Shown: positions 62,486-64,000 of the stretch, piece by piece
How the letters are laid out: the number at the start of each line of letters is the position of its first letter
Position numbering within the stretch: the first letter of the stretch is position 1
From: Candidatus Binatia bacterium
GTDB taxonomy: Bacteria > Desulfobacterota > Binatia > Bin18
Direction of reading: 5' to 3'
NCBI GenBank assembly: GCA_963664395.2
Contig: OY761159.2
Span: 2,368,001 to 2,432,000, forward strand
Length of the DNA stretch: 64,000 bases
The notes under the pieces: generated by a model
Told to the model about the DNA's origin: nothing
Seen by the model: only the letters and a program-made list of their open reading frames with translations
Database searches by the model: none
Translations under genes and position numbers: made by a program

Positions 62486-64000
62486 ATGGCCTACGATGTC
62501 GTGCTCAAAGGGGGAACCGTTATCGACGGAACCGGACGGGAGCGGTTTGCCGCAGACGTAGCGCTGAGCGGAGATCGGATTGCGGCGGTTGAGGCCAACA
62601 TTCCGTCACATCAGGCGGCCACCAGCCTCGACATTGGCGGGCTGATCGTGTGCCCCGGGTTTATCGACCATCATACCCATTACGACGCCCAGATTCTCTG
62701 GGACCCGCTGGCAACCTGTTCGTCCTGGCACGGGGTGACTTCCATTATCATGGGTAACTGCGGGGTTGGTCTGGCTCCGTGCAAGCCCGCCGACCGGGAA
62801 GCCCTGGTGGGTGATCTGGTCAATGTTGAGGGCATGTCACTGGAAGTGCTGCAACGCGGGGTTGACTGGTCCTGGCAGGGCTTTGACGAATACCTCAATG
62901 CAATCGGCCAGCGCGGGCTGGGTATGAACGTCGGCATGATGCTGCCGCTCTCGCCGTTGCGCCAGTATGTGCTCGGAGAGGAGAGCAAGGAGCGGGCGGC
63001 AACGGAGGCCGAGATTCGACAACTCAGCGGGCTCTTCCAGGCGGCTATGGACGCCGGCGCCTTTGGTTTTTCCACAACCGTCTTACCCCAGCACCTGGGG
63101 TTTCAGGGCCGACCGTTACCGTGCCGGATGGCCAGCCGCGACGAATTGACGGCCTTGTCCGGCGTGCTCAAAAAACTCGGCCGGGGGAGTATCGAGATTG
63201 CCCTGACGCGCAGTCCGGGGTCTTTGTCTGATGACGAATATGACCTGCTGACCTTTCTGCTGTTACACAGTGAACGGCCGGTGACGTGGCTGGGACTGCT
63301 GCAAAAGCCGGAGGCGTCACCCGATGCCTGGAAGGCTGCGGTCAATCGGGTGGTGCCGCTGTTTGACCGGGGCTATCTGCCGCTGGGGCAGGTGCCGTGC
63401 CATTACAAGAGTGCCCGCTTCAGTCTGAAGCGCCCGTTTATCTTTGGCAATTTCGATTGCTGGAAGCCGATCTTCGACCGACCCTTGGACGAGCAGCAGC
63501 GTATGTGTGCCGACCCTGCCTTTCGGGCCGCGTTTCGTGCAGAGCTGAAACAGCCGCGTATTTTCACCGGACAGTGGGAGCAGCTGAGCGTGTTCACGGT
63601 CAACAAGCCGGAGTTGCAACCCCTGCTGGACAAGAGCCTGGCCAGCCTGAGCCGCGAGCGAGGGAAAGACCCGCTTGAGTTGTTTTTTGAGCTGGCCCTC
63701 AACGACGATCTGGACATGCAGTTCTTGTACGAGTTCGGAGAGGTCAATGGAGACATGCTCACCCATCCGCATACCCTGGTCGGTTTGTCCGATGGCGGGG
63801 CACACGCCGATATGCGCTGTGAGGCGGGCTACTCGACCTATCTGCTCGGAACGCTGGTACGCGACAAACAGATGTTGCCGCTCGAAGAGGCTATCCGTAA
63901 GTTGACGTCCGTGCCCGCCCAGGTTTTTGGCGTCCCACTGCGCGGGACGGTCGCTGCGGGCATGATCGCCGACCTGGTGGTCTTCGATCCCGAGAGCGTC
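62486..64000 (+). CDS. N-acyl-D-amino-acid deacylase family amidohydrolase (runs off the window end)
   Basis: Manual translation MAYDVVLKGGTVIDGTG...PGFIDHHTHYD...GNCG...SDGGAH; AGGAGA RBS; absent from the ORF track because there is no stop. Confidence 0.9.
   Translation, partial: MAYDVVLKGGTVIDGTGRERFAADVALSGDRIAAVEANIPSHQAATSLDIGGLIVCPGFIDHHTHYDAQILWDPLATCSSWHGVTSIIMGNCGVGLAPCKPADREALVGDLVNVEGMSLEVLQRGVDWSWQGFDEYLNAIGQRGLGMNVGMMLPLSPLRQYVLGEESKERAATEAEIRQLSGLFQAAMDAGAFGFSTTVLPQHLGFQGRPLPCRMASRDELTALSGVLKKLGRGSIEIALTRSPGSLSDDEYDLLTFLLLHSERPVTWLGLLQKPEASPDAWKAAVNRVVPLFDRGYLPLGQVPCHYKSARFSLKRPFIFGNFDCWKPIFDRPLDEQQRMCADPAFRAAFRAELKQPRIFTGQWEQLSVFTVNKPELQPLLDKSLASLSRERGKDPLELFFELALNDDLDMQFLYEFGEVNGDMLTHPHTLVGLSDGGAHADMRCEAGYSTYLLGTLVRDKQMLPLEEAIRKLTSVPAQVFGVPLRGTVAAGMIADLVVFDPESV

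Overview
GC-rich bacterial chromosomal segment, densely coding, with no rRNA, tRNA, CRISPR array, integrase or transposase recognised. Six luciferase-like (LLM, probably F420-dependent) oxidoreductases, a dimethylformamidase and a copper monooxygenase suggest an uncultured Binatia/Deltaproteobacteria-like organism, possibly sponge-associated (inference only). Highlights: (1) a complete but divergent copper membrane monooxygenase operon in C-A-B order (18400-21390) with intact Cu ligands and no typical methanotroph or nitrifier neighbours; (2) a selenoprotein split by the ORF caller at an in-frame UGA (C-A-U-G-S-C) followed by a SECIS-like hairpin, in an operon with an unknown 350-aa partner, RidA, MaoC and a D-aminoacylase; (3) a thiocyanate-hydrolase-type split nitrile hydratase with an SDR gene inserted; (4) two type I R-M loci, the first carrying a PIN protein and a TIR + membrane-protein pair as probable anti-phage cargo; (5) a vapBC cassette bracketed by a 64-bp duplication of the upstream gene's 3' end; (6) REP-like palindromes, one inserted in frame within hsdM. 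Several isolated indels and stops suggest residual assembly errors, so all pseudogene calls are provisional. All family assignments are by motif recognition; no searches were run.
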